From the NCBI GenBank assembly GCA_035945795.1, contig DASYZU010000020.1, positions 7,199-71,198 on the forward strand: a DNA stretch of 64,000 nt, written 5' to 3'. This document shows, one piece after another, positions 1-8,631 of this stretch. The DNA comes from Terracidiphilus sp. (GTDB lineage Bacteria > Acidobacteriota > Terriglobia > Terriglobales > Acidobacteriaceae). Each line of letters begins with the position of its first letter. Position 1 is the stretch's first letter. The notes under the pieces were generated by a model that ran no database searches, was not told the origin of the DNA, and was given only the letters and a program-made list of their open reading frames with translations. Made by a program: the position numbers and the translations under genes.

Positions 1-2
1 TG

Positions 3-509
3 GGCTTCAAGAATGCAACCTCGGGTGACGTTCAGGTAGCCATCGACGCCATTCTCTCCGCGGCACACTCGCACACCTTCCTCGGACACACCAAGCACGG
101 TCAATCCGCAATCTTCGTCACCACAGGCAACCCCGATTGCCACATCATTCTGCGCGGCGGCCGCAAGACCGTGAACTACACAGCCGACAGCGTAGCCGAC
201 ACTGCGGCAAAGATGGAAAAGGCCGGCATTGCGCCACGCATCATGATCGATTTCAGCCACGCCAACAGCAGCAAGGACTATCGCCGTCAGTCGATCGTAG
301 GCCACGATGTAGCCAGCCAGATTGCCGCCGGAGACCGCCGCATTATCGGCGTAATGATCGAGAGCAACCTGGTGGCCGGATCGCAGCCGCTTGTCGCGGG
401 CCAGCCGCTCGTATACGGGCAGAGCATCACCGACGGCTGCATCGACTGGGCCGAAACGCGAACTCTCCTCGCCGAACTAGCCGCCGCCGTCCGCGCCCGC
501 CGCGGATAG
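3..509 (+). CDS. aroG: 3-deoxy-7-phosphoheptulonate (DAHP) synthase, class I-alpha, 5'-truncated by window edge
   Basis: Open frame from base 3 reads GFKNATSG...GNPDCHIILRGG...IMIDFSHANSSKD...GVMIESNLVAGSQ...YGQSITDGCIDW, which are AroF/G/H motifs. The feedback isoform cannot be determined. Confidence 0.9.
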   Translation, partial: GFKNATSGDVQVAIDAILSAAHSHTFLGHTKHGQSAIFVTTGNPDCHIILRGGRKTVNYTADSVADTAAKMEKAGIAPRIMIDFSHANSSKDYRRQSIVGHDVASQIAAGDRRIIGVMIESNLVAGSQPLVAGQPLVYGQSITDGCIDWAETRTLLAELAAAVRARRG

Positions 510-647
510 CCACCCACAGGAACCGTTGCCCCTGTCGACCCATTCCCCTGAGAACACTCCCTCCGCACGTTTTTCTCCCTTCGGCCTGAAAGGCCGGTAC
601 GATGAAGTCATCGGATCGCGGTTTTGCTCGCGAGGAGGAAACTGCTT

Positions 648-1076
648 ATGAAGAACCAGCGCGGATGGATTGCCCTTACAATCGTCAACTTCGGAATCTT
701 GGTCTTTCTTTTGTTGCGTCAGGTTGGCACGGTTCAAGCCAGTTCTCCTGCTCCACTGATTCGTGCCCGCGGTCTCGAAATTGTTGACGAGCAAGGAATG
801 GTCCGCGCCTCCATCCAGGTGGTGCCGGCGGGCCCGGCACGAAAGGCAGATGGATCCGTTGTGCAGGACGGAAAGACTTACCCCGAAACAGTGCTATTTC
901 GACTGATTCGTCCCGACGGGCGGCCTTCCGTAAAAATCTCCACTTCCGAGCAAGGCTCAGGACTCTCTCTCGGTGGAGGAATCGATCCCACCTACATTGT
1001 GTTAAGCGCCGACGGCGGAACCTCCTCGCTGTCGCTCACCAACAAGGAAGGCCGGCAGCAACTCGTCAACCCATAA
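648..1076 (+). CDS. Hypothetical membrane-anchored or exported protein
   Basis: GAGGAGG at 632-638 precedes ATG 648. N-terminal hydrophobic segment followed by a beta-rich domain (IRARGLEIVDEQGMVRASI). Confidence 0.75.
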   Translation: MKNQRGWIALTIVNFGILVFLLLRQVGTVQASSPAPLIRARGLEIVDEQGMVRASIQVVPAGPARKADGSVVQDGKTYPETVLFRLIRPDGRPSVKISTSEQGSGLSLGGGIDPTYIVLSADGGTSSLSLTNKEGRQQLVNP

Positions 1077-1248
1077 CTCGAACCGCCATTGATGCGTCGC
1101 CGCAAGCTTCAGGCGCCCGGTGCGCCATTCAAACCACGCCTTTTGTGATTTGAGTGGGACAGCATGCACTGATCGAAGCAAGCCCTCAACCGCTAAAATC
1201 GAGTGCAGCGCCGCCAGCGACAATCCGCCCGGCAAGCAAGCCCAATCC

Positions 1249-2481
1249 ATGGCCCCCACCATCTTCATCTCGGCAGGCGAAGCAAGCGGCGAGCACTATG
1301 GCGCGCTGCTCGCAACCGCGCTTCAGCAGCGTCTCGCAGCATCGGGACACAGAGCCCAGCTGTTCGGAATGGGCGGCGACCGCATGGAAGCCGCTGGCCT
1401 GGAGCGCATAGTGCGCTCGGAAGACATGGCCGTCATGGGGCTCACCGAGGTAGTCCGCCACCTGCCGCGCATCTACTGCGAATTCCGCAAGCTGAAAAAA
1501 GCGATCCGCACCCGCCGACCCGATGTTGCCGTACTCATCGACTTTCCTGAGATCCACTTCCGCCTTGCAAAGGAATTCCACCGCATGGGCGTTCCAGTCA
1601 TCTTCTTCGTGAGCCCGCAACTATGGGCCTGGAAGAAGCACCGCATCAAGCTTGTCCAAAAGTATATCCGTAAAATGCTGGTGATCTTCCCCTTCGAAGA
1701 GACGTTCTACCGGGATAACGGTGTCGAGGCGGAATTCGTCGGCCATCCACTGGCGGAGTTGCCGCTGCCCACCATCAGCCGTGAGCAGTTTGCCGCGGAG
1801 AATCACCTGGACCCCGCAAGAACATGGATCGGCCTGCTCCCTGGCAGCCGCGCCAGGGAGATTCGCGACCATCTGCCTGAGATGCTAGAAGCAGCGCGAA
1901 GACTGCAGGCAGCCGCGCCCTCGTCCCAGGCGTTCGAGTTTATTGTGCCTTTGGCGCCCACGCTCAACGTCGCACAACGAGCTGAAGTACTGCAGATATC
2001 AAAAGACCACGGAGAAAGTCTGGCAGTTCGCCTGGTAGACGATGCTCGTGCCGCCCTTTTTCATGCCCGCGCCTCGGTGGTGGCCAGCGGCACCGCCACT
2101 GTAGAGGCGGCACTCATCGGCAATCCATTTATAGTGGTGTACCGGGTTTCGACGGTAACCTATGCCATCGCCAGGCGGGTCGTGAAGGTTCCGCACGTGG
2201 CCATGGCCAACCTGATTGCGGGCAAGCGCGTGGTTCCGGAGTTGATTCAACAGGCCTTCACGGCAGCAAATATTGTCCAACAGCTGTCACAGCTGCTACC
2301 GGACGGGGGCCCTCGCGAGTCCATGATGGAGGAGTTAGGAACGATTCGAGATGCGTTGAGCAAGCGGCCGGCCGAGGGCACGGATGGTAGCGCAGGCGCC
2401 ATTGAGCGGGTGGCATCGATCACCCTTGAAGAACTGGAGGCGGCTTCCCCAGCGGCAATCGAATGGGCTGTACAACCCTGA
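1249..2481 (+). CDS. lpxB: Lipid-A-disaccharide synthase
   Basis: Motifs IFISAGEASG, MAVMGLTEV, LIDFP, FVSPQLWAW, FVGHPL, LLPGSR and ASGTATVEAALIG. Start moved to ATG 1249, where homology begins. Confidence 0.95.
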   Translation: MAPTIFISAGEASGEHYGALLATALQQRLAASGHRAQLFGMGGDRMEAAGLERIVRSEDMAVMGLTEVVRHLPRIYCEFRKLKKAIRTRRPDVAVLIDFPEIHFRLAKEFHRMGVPVIFFVSPQLWAWKKHRIKLVQKYIRKMLVIFPFEETFYRDNGVEAEFVGHPLAELPLPTISREQFAAENHLDPARTWIGLLPGSRAREIRDHLPEMLEAARRLQAAAPSSQAFEFIVPLAPTLNVAQRAEVLQISKDHGESLAVRLVDDARAALFHARASVVASGTATVEAALIGNPFIVVYRVSTVTYAIARRVVKVPHVAMANLIAGKRVVPELIQQAFTAANIVQQLSQLLPDGGPRESMMEELGTIRDALSKRPAEGTDGSAGAIERVASITLEELEAASPAAIEWAVQP

Positions 2482-2537
2482 ACGGAATTGACATGGGTCC
2501 CAGGAACGACTGCCATACGGACAGCGGTAAAGCAAGG

Positions 2538-4568
2538 ATGACACCTATGCGTAGACAAGAACGGAATAATCGGCGTGGATACGGACTGCGTCTTTTTGCG
2601 AGCTCGGCCGGCATCCTCACTGCAGTACTGACCTTGGCAGTCCCCCTGTCGGCGCAGAGAGCCGAGCGACCGGCGCTGACCATTACCGGCTACGTGATCG
2701 ACGCCGAACTTGACACAACCGCGCACCATCTGGCAGCGAAAACGGTGGTTAGCTTTACCGCGCCCGCCAGCCTTGAGGTGGTCAACTTCGGCTTTCATCC
2801 GGCGCTCAAAGTTACCAAGATCACCGACGAAAGCGGCAAACTGCTGGAGGGTGAGCGGACGGCCGACGGAGCAATCCGCGTAACCCCGGGTGCATCATTC
2901 GTGCAGGGTCAAACCGTGCGCTGGACCTTCGAGTATGAGGGCACCATCACCGGTGCTGAAGATGGCCCGGTAGAGGGCCTCAAGCTGGCTGCTATCCAGG
3001 AGCCGATCACTTATCTCTTGTACGCCTCGCGCTGGTTCCCCTCCACCGGGTACATGACCAACCGGTTTACGGCTGAGATGCATATCCGCGTGCCGCAGGG
3101 AATGAAGGTCTTTGCAAGCGGCGCCGAAGGAGCCTCAAAACCGGTCACGTTGAGCAACGGCAAGCCGGGCGACGAATTCAACTTTAACTGGAAGAAGCCG
3201 GGATTTCCCGGCTCGGTGATTGCCGGGCGCTACGTTGGCCCAGTGTCCGTTGGCGCAGGCAATGTGAAGGTGTACCTGTCCATAAGCCACCAGGCCTCCG
3301 CCAACCAACTGGCGCAGACGGCCACAAAGCAATTCGACTTCTTCACCGACAACTTCGGAGAGCCGGAGACGAGCCACCTGAATGTAATGGAGGTGCCGGA
3401 CGACACCTTGCCCGCAGTCTGGGCTCCGGAATTGGTAGCCATTCAGAGTTCGCGCGTGGGCGACAAGAGCGGTGTCAGGCTGCTCGCCAATACCATCGCA
3501 CACCAGTGGTGGGGCTCCGAAGTGAGTCCGCGCACGCTGAACGATGCCTGGATCACGAATGGAATGTCCCGCTACGGCGAGCTGATGTACCTGGCCGAAG
3601 AAAGCGGCAAAAACGCGATGCTGACGGCGATGGAAGACGTTGCAGCTGGAGCGCTGGCCTACGACACCATTCCTTTGTCGAGCGCCGGACGCCTGAATCC
3701 CTTTTCCCCGGAGTTCCAGTCCATGACCCTTGAAAAGGGCGCAATGGTGTTCAACATGCTCCGCTGGGAAGTGGGCGACAAGGCCTTTCTGGCCACACTG
3801 AAAGGAACGCTGAGCCAGTACACCGACAGCTCGATTCGCGCGCAGGATCTGGTCAAGGTTGCTGAGGCGCAGAGCCAGCAGCAGTTGACCCCGTTCTTTG
3901 CACAATGGATCGATGGTACCGGCGCGCCGCGATTCGCCAATAAATACTCCGTCTACCGGCTTGGAAACAACAAGGGCTTCAGAACCATTGGAGAGATTCA
4001 GCAGGATCTCGATCTGTTCCGAATGCCGGTGGACCTCCGCGTCGAAACCGACGGCAAGACGGAGAATCAGAAAGTCGAAGTGGTCGGCACCGACACGCAG
4101 TACGTGGTTGACACCTTCGGTCGGCCGCGGCGCATCGCCATCGATCCCGATAACTGGGTGCTGAAGTCGACGCCCGACCTGCAGGTGCGAATCGCCATCC
4201 TGAAGGGCCAGCAGCTGGTCGCTCAGGGTGACCTCGCCGGTGGGTTGGCCGAGTACAAGAAAGCCTTGGACGCCAATCCCCTGAGTTCGCTCGCCAGTTA
4301 CCGCATCGGCGAGATCCTGTTTAGCCAGCGCAACTACCAGGCCAGCGTAAATGCCTACCGCGACGCGCTGCGCGGCGACGATGAACCGCGCTGGACCGAA
4401 GTCTGGAGCCACATACAGATCGGCAAGATCTTCGACGTCACGGGGCAGCGGGACCGGGCAGTGAATGAGTACCGCCTCGCCGTCCAGACCAACGACAACA
4501 CCCAGGGCGCGGTGAACGAGGCGCGGCTCTACCTGCAAAAGCCTTATACTCGACCGGACAATGAGTAA
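2538..4568 (+). CDS. M1-aminopeptidase-fold protein with C-terminal TPRs; zinc motif degenerate
   Basis: Signal-like N-terminus, M1-type architecture (ANTIAHQWWG...AWITNGMSRY...KGAMVFNMLR) and TPR helices at the C-terminus. Start codon uncertain (2463/2538/2547). Confidence 0.85.
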   Translation: MTPMRRQERNNRRGYGLRLFASSAGILTAVLTLAVPLSAQRAERPALTITGYVIDAELDTTAHHLAAKTVVSFTAPASLEVVNFGFHPALKVTKITDESGKLLEGERTADGAIRVTPGASFVQGQTVRWTFEYEGTITGAEDGPVEGLKLAAIQEPITYLLYASRWFPSTGYMTNRFTAEMHIRVPQGMKVFASGAEGASKPVTLSNGKPGDEFNFNWKKPGFPGSVIAGRYVGPVSVGAGNVKVYLSISHQASANQLAQTATKQFDFFTDNFGEPETSHLNVMEVPDDTLPAVWAPELVAIQSSRVGDKSGVRLLANTIAHQWWGSEVSPRTLNDAWITNGMSRYGELMYLAEESGKNAMLTAMEDVAAGALAYDTIPLSSAGRLNPFSPEFQSMTLEKGAMVFNMLRWEVGDKAFLATLKGTLSQYTDSSIRAQDLVKVAEAQSQQQLTPFFAQWIDGTGAPRFANKYSVYRLGNNKGFRTIGEIQQDLDLFRMPVDLRVETDGKTENQKVEVVGTDTQYVVDTFGRPRRIAIDPDNWVLKSTPDLQVRIAILKGQQLVAQGDLAGGLAEYKKALDANPLSSLASYRIGEILFSQRNYQASVNAYRDALRGDDEPRWTEVWSHIQIGKIFDVTGQRDRAVNEYRLAVQTNDNTQGAVNEARLYLQKPYTRPDNE

Positions 4569-4587
4569 CAATCCAGCAGCCAGAAAC

Positions 4588-4619
4588 AGAAAAGGCCAGC
4601 CCAAGTGCTGGCCTTTTCT
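4588..4619. terminator. Bidirectional intrinsic terminator
   Basis: AGAAAAGGCCAGC-ccaagt-GCTGGCCTTTTCT, a perfect 13-bp stem between convergent genes. Confidence 0.85.
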
Positions 4620-4641
4620 ATCTTGGGAAGTTCAAAATTGC

Positions 4642-5193
4642 CTACTTCTTGCCCCGAAAATTACCCAGGGATAAGACTTGCAGATCGACCTTGGCCAAGC
4701 CCGATTTGGTCATGGCCAGTTTCTGGGCAGCGCCATAGGAGAGGTCGATAACGCGCCCTTCGTCGACCAAGTCGCCGCGATCGGTAATGCGAACCACAAC
4801 CGAGTGATGGTTGGCGTGGTTCACGACTCGGACCAGGGAACCGAAGGGGAGCGTCGGATGGCAGGCCGTCATGGCCCACATATCGAACCGTTCTCCGCTG
4901 GCAGTTTTGCGGCCGTTGAACACGCTGCCGTACCAGGATGCAATTCCGTGTAGTCTGTCTCCCCGCTTGATGGCTTTCTGCTGGGCTACAAGCGAATCTG
5001 GCGTCGGTGCTGCGACTGGAGGCGCGACCGTTATGGTTGCAACGGGACGGGAAAGCCGCGCATCCGCATGCACTGGCCTAGTGGTAAGTGTAACCACCAG
5101 AGCAGCCAGCGCAATCGATGAAGCACCCACCAGCAACCATATGCGTAGCGGAGTGTTCAGACTCAAGTTGCGTGATTTCCGGTTCATGACCAT
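4642..5193 (-). CDS. rlpA: Septal ring lytic transglycosylase RlpA family (DPBB domain)
   Basis: GIASWYG...GRKTASGERFD...TACHPTLPFGSLVRV...VRITDRG...RVIDLSYGAAQKL. Confidence 0.9.
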   Translation of the reverse strand: MVMNRKSRNLSLNTPLRIWLLVGASSIALAALVVTLTTRPVHADARLSRPVATITVAPPVAAPTPDSLVAQQKAIKRGDRLHGIASWYGSVFNGRKTASGERFDMWAMTACHPTLPFGSLVRVVNHANHHSVVVRITDRGDLVDEGRVIDLSYGAAQKLAMTKSGLAKVDLQVLSLGNFRGKK

Positions 5194-5545
5194 TATTCCA
5201 TTTTACCAAGTCGCCACTATCCTGCCTCAACTATTAGCAAGATAGACACTAGTATTTCTGTTGAAAAAATCGTGCGTTTCCCAGCTGTTGTCGATAACCC
5301 TTTCCTGTTCTGGAGGTTACGTTCCCTCACCAAAAATGGCGCAGAATCATTACTTACGACCTAGGCCACCTGATTCATATTGTGGGACCCAAAGGCTGCC
5401 ATTTGACGCAAAGGAATGGCGAAAAAGGAATGAGGCAGCCAACGGATAAGGAACTGGGACGTATACCCCAAGGCCCGCACAAAAACCGACGAGACCCCAG
5501 CGGTCATTAGTACGGATGCGCAGAATTCGCAAAGGGGTTACCCAA

Positions 5546-5686
5546 ATGAGCAAGATATTTGTGGATATTCAGGCCATAATTGTCGCCGCACTTCGTTCGG
5601 CAGTCACCGCAGTTGCCCAAAATCCCGCCCCTCCGGCCGAAGCGCACCGAGGCGCGAGCGGTTCCAGCGACGGTTTTACAGATTAA
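5546..5686 (+). CDS. Candidate 46-aa small protein (not in ORF track)
   Basis: AAAGGGG upstream of ATG 5546. Reads MSKIFVDIQAIIVAALRSAVTAVAQNPAPPAEAHRGASGSSDGFTD*, directly upstream of the lysozyme. No recognised homology. Confidence 0.3.
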   Translation: MSKIFVDIQAIIVAALRSAVTAVAQNPAPPAEAHRGASGSSDGFTD

Positions 5687-5743
5687 TTTCAGTATCCTGC
5701 CACCATAGAGCCAGACCATTCATGGCTGCAGGCAGGAGGATGT

Positions 5744-6202
5744 ATGAAGTTAAGCGCAGAAGGGCTGGAACTGCTGAAGAGGTCGGAGGGGTTTCGCAGT
5801 CACACCTACGGAGACGTAAACGGGTTTCCAACCATCGGTTACGGCCACCGGCTGCTGCATCACGAGTCCTTTCCCGGTGGAATCGACGAAGCGCAGGCTG
5901 CGGAGATCCTAGTCAATGACGTCCGCGACGCCGAGCAGGCAGTCAAGCGTCTGGTCAAGGTTCCGCTGGCCCAGGGCCAATTCGATGCGCTAGTGGACTT
6001 CTGTTTCAACCTGGGCGCCGGAAAGCTGGCCACTTCCACGCTGCTGAAGGTCCTGAACGGCGGCCGCTACGAAGCCGCCGCCGAGCAGTTGCTACGCTGG
6101 GACATCGCGGGCGGCGAGGAAAACGCCGGCCTCAAAGCACGCCGCGAAGCCGAACTCGCTCTATGGTCCAGCGCAAAATCCAAGCAGGAAGCAGCCGCGT
6201 AA
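5744..6202 (+). CDS. GH24 phage-type lysozyme (muramidase)
   Basis: E-x8-D-x5-T catalytic triad (SEGFRSHTYGDVNGFPTIGYGH), plus QGQFDALVDFCFNLG and GLKARREAE. AGGAGG RBS. No signal peptide. Confidence 0.92.
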   Translation: MKLSAEGLELLKRSEGFRSHTYGDVNGFPTIGYGHRLLHHESFPGGIDEAQAAEILVNDVRDAEQAVKRLVKVPLAQGQFDALVDFCFNLGAGKLATSTLLKVLNGGRYEAAAEQLLRWDIAGGEENAGLKARREAELALWSSAKSKQEAAA

Positions 6203-6312
6203 AACCTGTTTCAAGCAGCCACCCGCTAACTATTTCCGCGTCGCAGGGGCTAACCCGCAGCATTTGTTCCAAGTCTCCTCCCTGCCTTCCCATGATTCCT
6301 GGGAGCTCGGAT

Positions 6313-6588
6313 TCAATCCTCTGACCGCCCAATCTCCAATACTTCCAGCCGCTCATCCGCCTTCAGGTACCCCTTCCGGCGAAACCAATCTTCCATCGCT
6401 TGCCGCAACCGATCGAGGGGTACGCGGTTCCCTGCTTCCAGCACTCCGTCGCCAGCCGGAAGCGTATCGTCAAAGACCGCATCATTGGTAAAGTTCCGCA
6501 TCGCGAAGTTGTCGATCCAGTGGATCGGGCAGGGATGCAGCGCGCCCGCAGAATCGAAACGCTGAACGGAGAGACGACGCGCAAACAT
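6313..6588 (-). CDS. Hypothetical protein (91 aa)
   Basis: ORF with globular-looking composition (WIDNFAMRNFTNDAVFDDTLP). TAAAGT lies 6 nt upstream of the ATG. Confidence 0.65.
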   Translation of the reverse strand: MFARRLSVQRFDSAGALHPCPIHWIDNFAMRNFTNDAVFDDTLPAGDGVLEAGNRVPLDRLRQAMEDWFRRKGYLKADERLEVLEIGRSED

Positions 6589-6617
6589 GGTTCAACTTTA
6601 GCGGATCAGACCACCGC

Positions 6618-7514
6618 TCACGGTTTCTTCGCCGGCACAACCTTGGCGTCTTTTGGCTGCTGCGTCTCCACGCTGAACCGCTTGTAGTCGTAGACACGCT
6701 CGGAAAAGTGCTGTCGGAGATTCTTGAACAGCAGCAGCCGCGCCTGCATTGTGCCTTCGGCGCCAGTCGGAAGCCACAAGCCGTCGCTAACGGAAGCCTG
6801 GTCGAAGCGGAAGTTTGTGCCCTTCTGGACGCTGGCGAACAGTCCGCCGGCAATGCGGAAGTTGTCGTTGAAGATGACCTCGATATGCGCCACCTGCCTG
6901 TCCGCCTCATCAATCCAAATCGTCCCCTGAAGTTTCTTCGAAGCATCTTCCGCCAGCCCGTGCGTCTTGGCGTCTTTACGGCCGATAAAGTCAAACACGA
7001 TAGTCGGCCTGCCCCTGTAATTCTCCCGCCGAGGATTGCGAACCTCCATGATCTCAAGCACGCGGCTGATGCTTATCGTCTGACCCTGGAGTGGCTGATC
7101 GGGCGGGGTCTTCTGCGCCTTTTCCACGAGCTTTGTTACGCGCTCGGTCTCCTTCTGCTCATCGTGACCGCTGAGCGGCTGCCCATTTTTCTTCACGTTG
7201 CGTTCGATCACGTGGCCGTTGACGAAAAAGTCCTCGCCCTCTACGCTCTCGGTCTTGGTCACCTTGCCGTTCTGGTCAATATCCTGGGTGGTCTGCAGGG
7301 AGCTGTAGGTATAGTTCTCGCGCACCTTCTCAAGCTGCTTCTGGTGGGCCTGCACCTCGTTCATCAGCTGGCGAATATCGGGCAGAGGCACATTCGGCTG
7401 CTGGGCCCGACCACCCAACGCCAGCGTCAGCGGCAAGAGCAGACCAAGCACCCGAATTATCCGTTCAGAATGTATCAAGCCCGATCCTTTGGATTCATCA
7501 GAGAAAAGCGCCAC
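6618..7514 (-). CDS. Exported hypothetical protein, probably LolA/MucB-like fold
   Basis: Signal peptide (LLLPLTLALGGRAQQ) and a beta-rich body (YTYSSLQTTQ, LQGTIWIDEADRQV). The fold call is inference. Confidence 0.75.
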   Translation of the reverse strand: MALFSDESKGSGLIHSERIIRVLGLLLPLTLALGGRAQQPNVPLPDIRQLMNEVQAHQKQLEKVRENYTYSSLQTTQDIDQNGKVTKTESVEGEDFFVNGHVIERNVKKNGQPLSGHDEQKETERVTKLVEKAQKTPPDQPLQGQTISISRVLEIMEVRNPRRENYRGRPTIVFDFIGRKDAKTHGLAEDASKKLQGTIWIDEADRQVAHIEVIFNDNFRIAGGLFASVQKGTNFRFDQASVSDGLWLPTGAEGTMQARLLLFKNLRQHFSERVYDYKRFSVETQQPKDAKVVPAKKP

Positions 7515-7714
7515 AGCCCGCCCGGATTTCTATCCGGACTCCGTTTCCTGGCTCCTGTTGGACCCGGCATATTCGGAAAAGGTCGCCGCGTCGGGAAAAA
7601 TCCGGCGGCAACATCTTTCCCCGCCATGCTATACCGTATGTCGATGGGCCGCATCCAACGGCAGAAGACGACCCAAACGAGGACGGCCCCTCAGGCCGAA
7701 TCAAGGAGAAGACA

Positions 7715-8056
7715 ATGGCATTGTTGCTTCAATGGGTGTTGAGTGCGATCGCGCTGCTGATTGTTTCCCGGATCGTGCCGGGCTTTCACGTTCTCGGGCT
7801 GTGGCCCGCGCTGATTGCCTCGCTCGTAATCGGGCTGCTGAATGCAACCGTGGGCCTGTTCCTCAAGATCATTACATTTCCCCTCAGCATTCTCACGCTG
7901 GGGCTGTTCCTGCTGGTCATCAACGGGATCATGATCCTGGTGGCCTCGGCCCTCGTGCCCGGGTTTCGTGTAAACGGATTTGGTCCGGCATTCTGGGGCG
8001 CTGTTGTGCTCGCGCTGCTGGGCATAGTAATCCGCGCAGTTGTGAAGGACGCCTAA
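7715..8056 (+). CDS. Phage holin family protein (4-TM, YvlD/DUF360 type)
   Basis: Four hydrophobic segments with LIGLLNATVG...FPLSILTLGLFLLVING. AGGAGA RBS. Confidence 0.85.
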   Translation: MALLLQWVLSAIALLIVSRIVPGFHVLGLWPALIASLVIGLLNATVGLFLKIITFPLSILTLGLFLLVINGIMILVASALVPGFRVNGFGPAFWGAVVLALLGIVIRAVVKDA

Positions 8057-8079
8057 ACTTTGCCGTCGATGAACCGCCC

Positions 8080-8631
8080 CTACTTCGCCGCAGACACTGC
8101 AAGTTGAGCGGACGCTTTCTTGCCCGGAACAGCCTGTGCCTGACCGTGCTTCACGGGCGCAATCCGCACCGGAGCCTTCTTCACCGGCTTGACCTGAACC
8201 GGCTGAGCCGACACCGCCGGGACTTCGCCCGACTGATCAACCACAGGTCCGTTCAAGGTTTGCGGCGTCCGCATCGCGCCGGCGTTCGAGAACCCCCCGG
8301 CCGCGCCAGTACGCGGCGGCATTGCAATAACCCGGGCCGGCTGCACGCGCGTGTAGATGCCCCAACCGCCCCCGGTGACAACAAACACTATGGCTGCCGC
8401 CGCCGCACCGCGGATCCAGCTACCCGTCGGCTGCAGCATCTCCGGCCAATGGAGGACGCGTGCAGTCCGCGGAGCAGCTTTCAGACCGGCCATTACACGA
8501 TCCTCAAGGCCATCAGGAGCGGGAAGCGTAGCGATCAGGCGCAGAGTGGTTTCGGCGGGACTGGAAACGGCCTCATGCGAAGCATCGGAAATCGAATTGT
8601 GAGCGGATGCATTCTGAGAGCGTGAATTCAT
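8080..8631 (-). CDS. Single-TM protein, probable anti-sigma factor
   Basis: 4-nt overlap with the upstream ECF sigma gene. One TM helix (GAAAAAIVFVVTGGGWGIY). Confidence 0.65.
   Translation of the reverse strand: MNSRSQNASAHNSISDASHEAVSSPAETTLRLIATLPAPDGLEDRVMAGLKAAPRTARVLHWPEMLQPTGSWIRGAAAAAIVFVVTGGGWGIYTRVQPARVIAMPPRTGAAGGFSNAGAMRTPQTLNGPVVDQSGEVPAVSAQPVQVKPVKKAPVRIAPVKHGQAQAVPGKKASAQLAVSAAK

Noticed and set aside
5200-5740. Riboswitch (c-di-GMP-I or c-di-AMP/ydaO) upstream of rlpA or the lysozyme
   Set aside because: GACGCAAAG and GGGACCCAAAG resemble part of c-di-GMP-I, but the GGCAAA and GAAA-tetraloop architecture is missing. No ydaO core is visible on the minus strand.
5744-8056. Prophage
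   Set aside because: Only a lysozyme and a holin-family gene are present; no structural, packaging, replication or integration genes.
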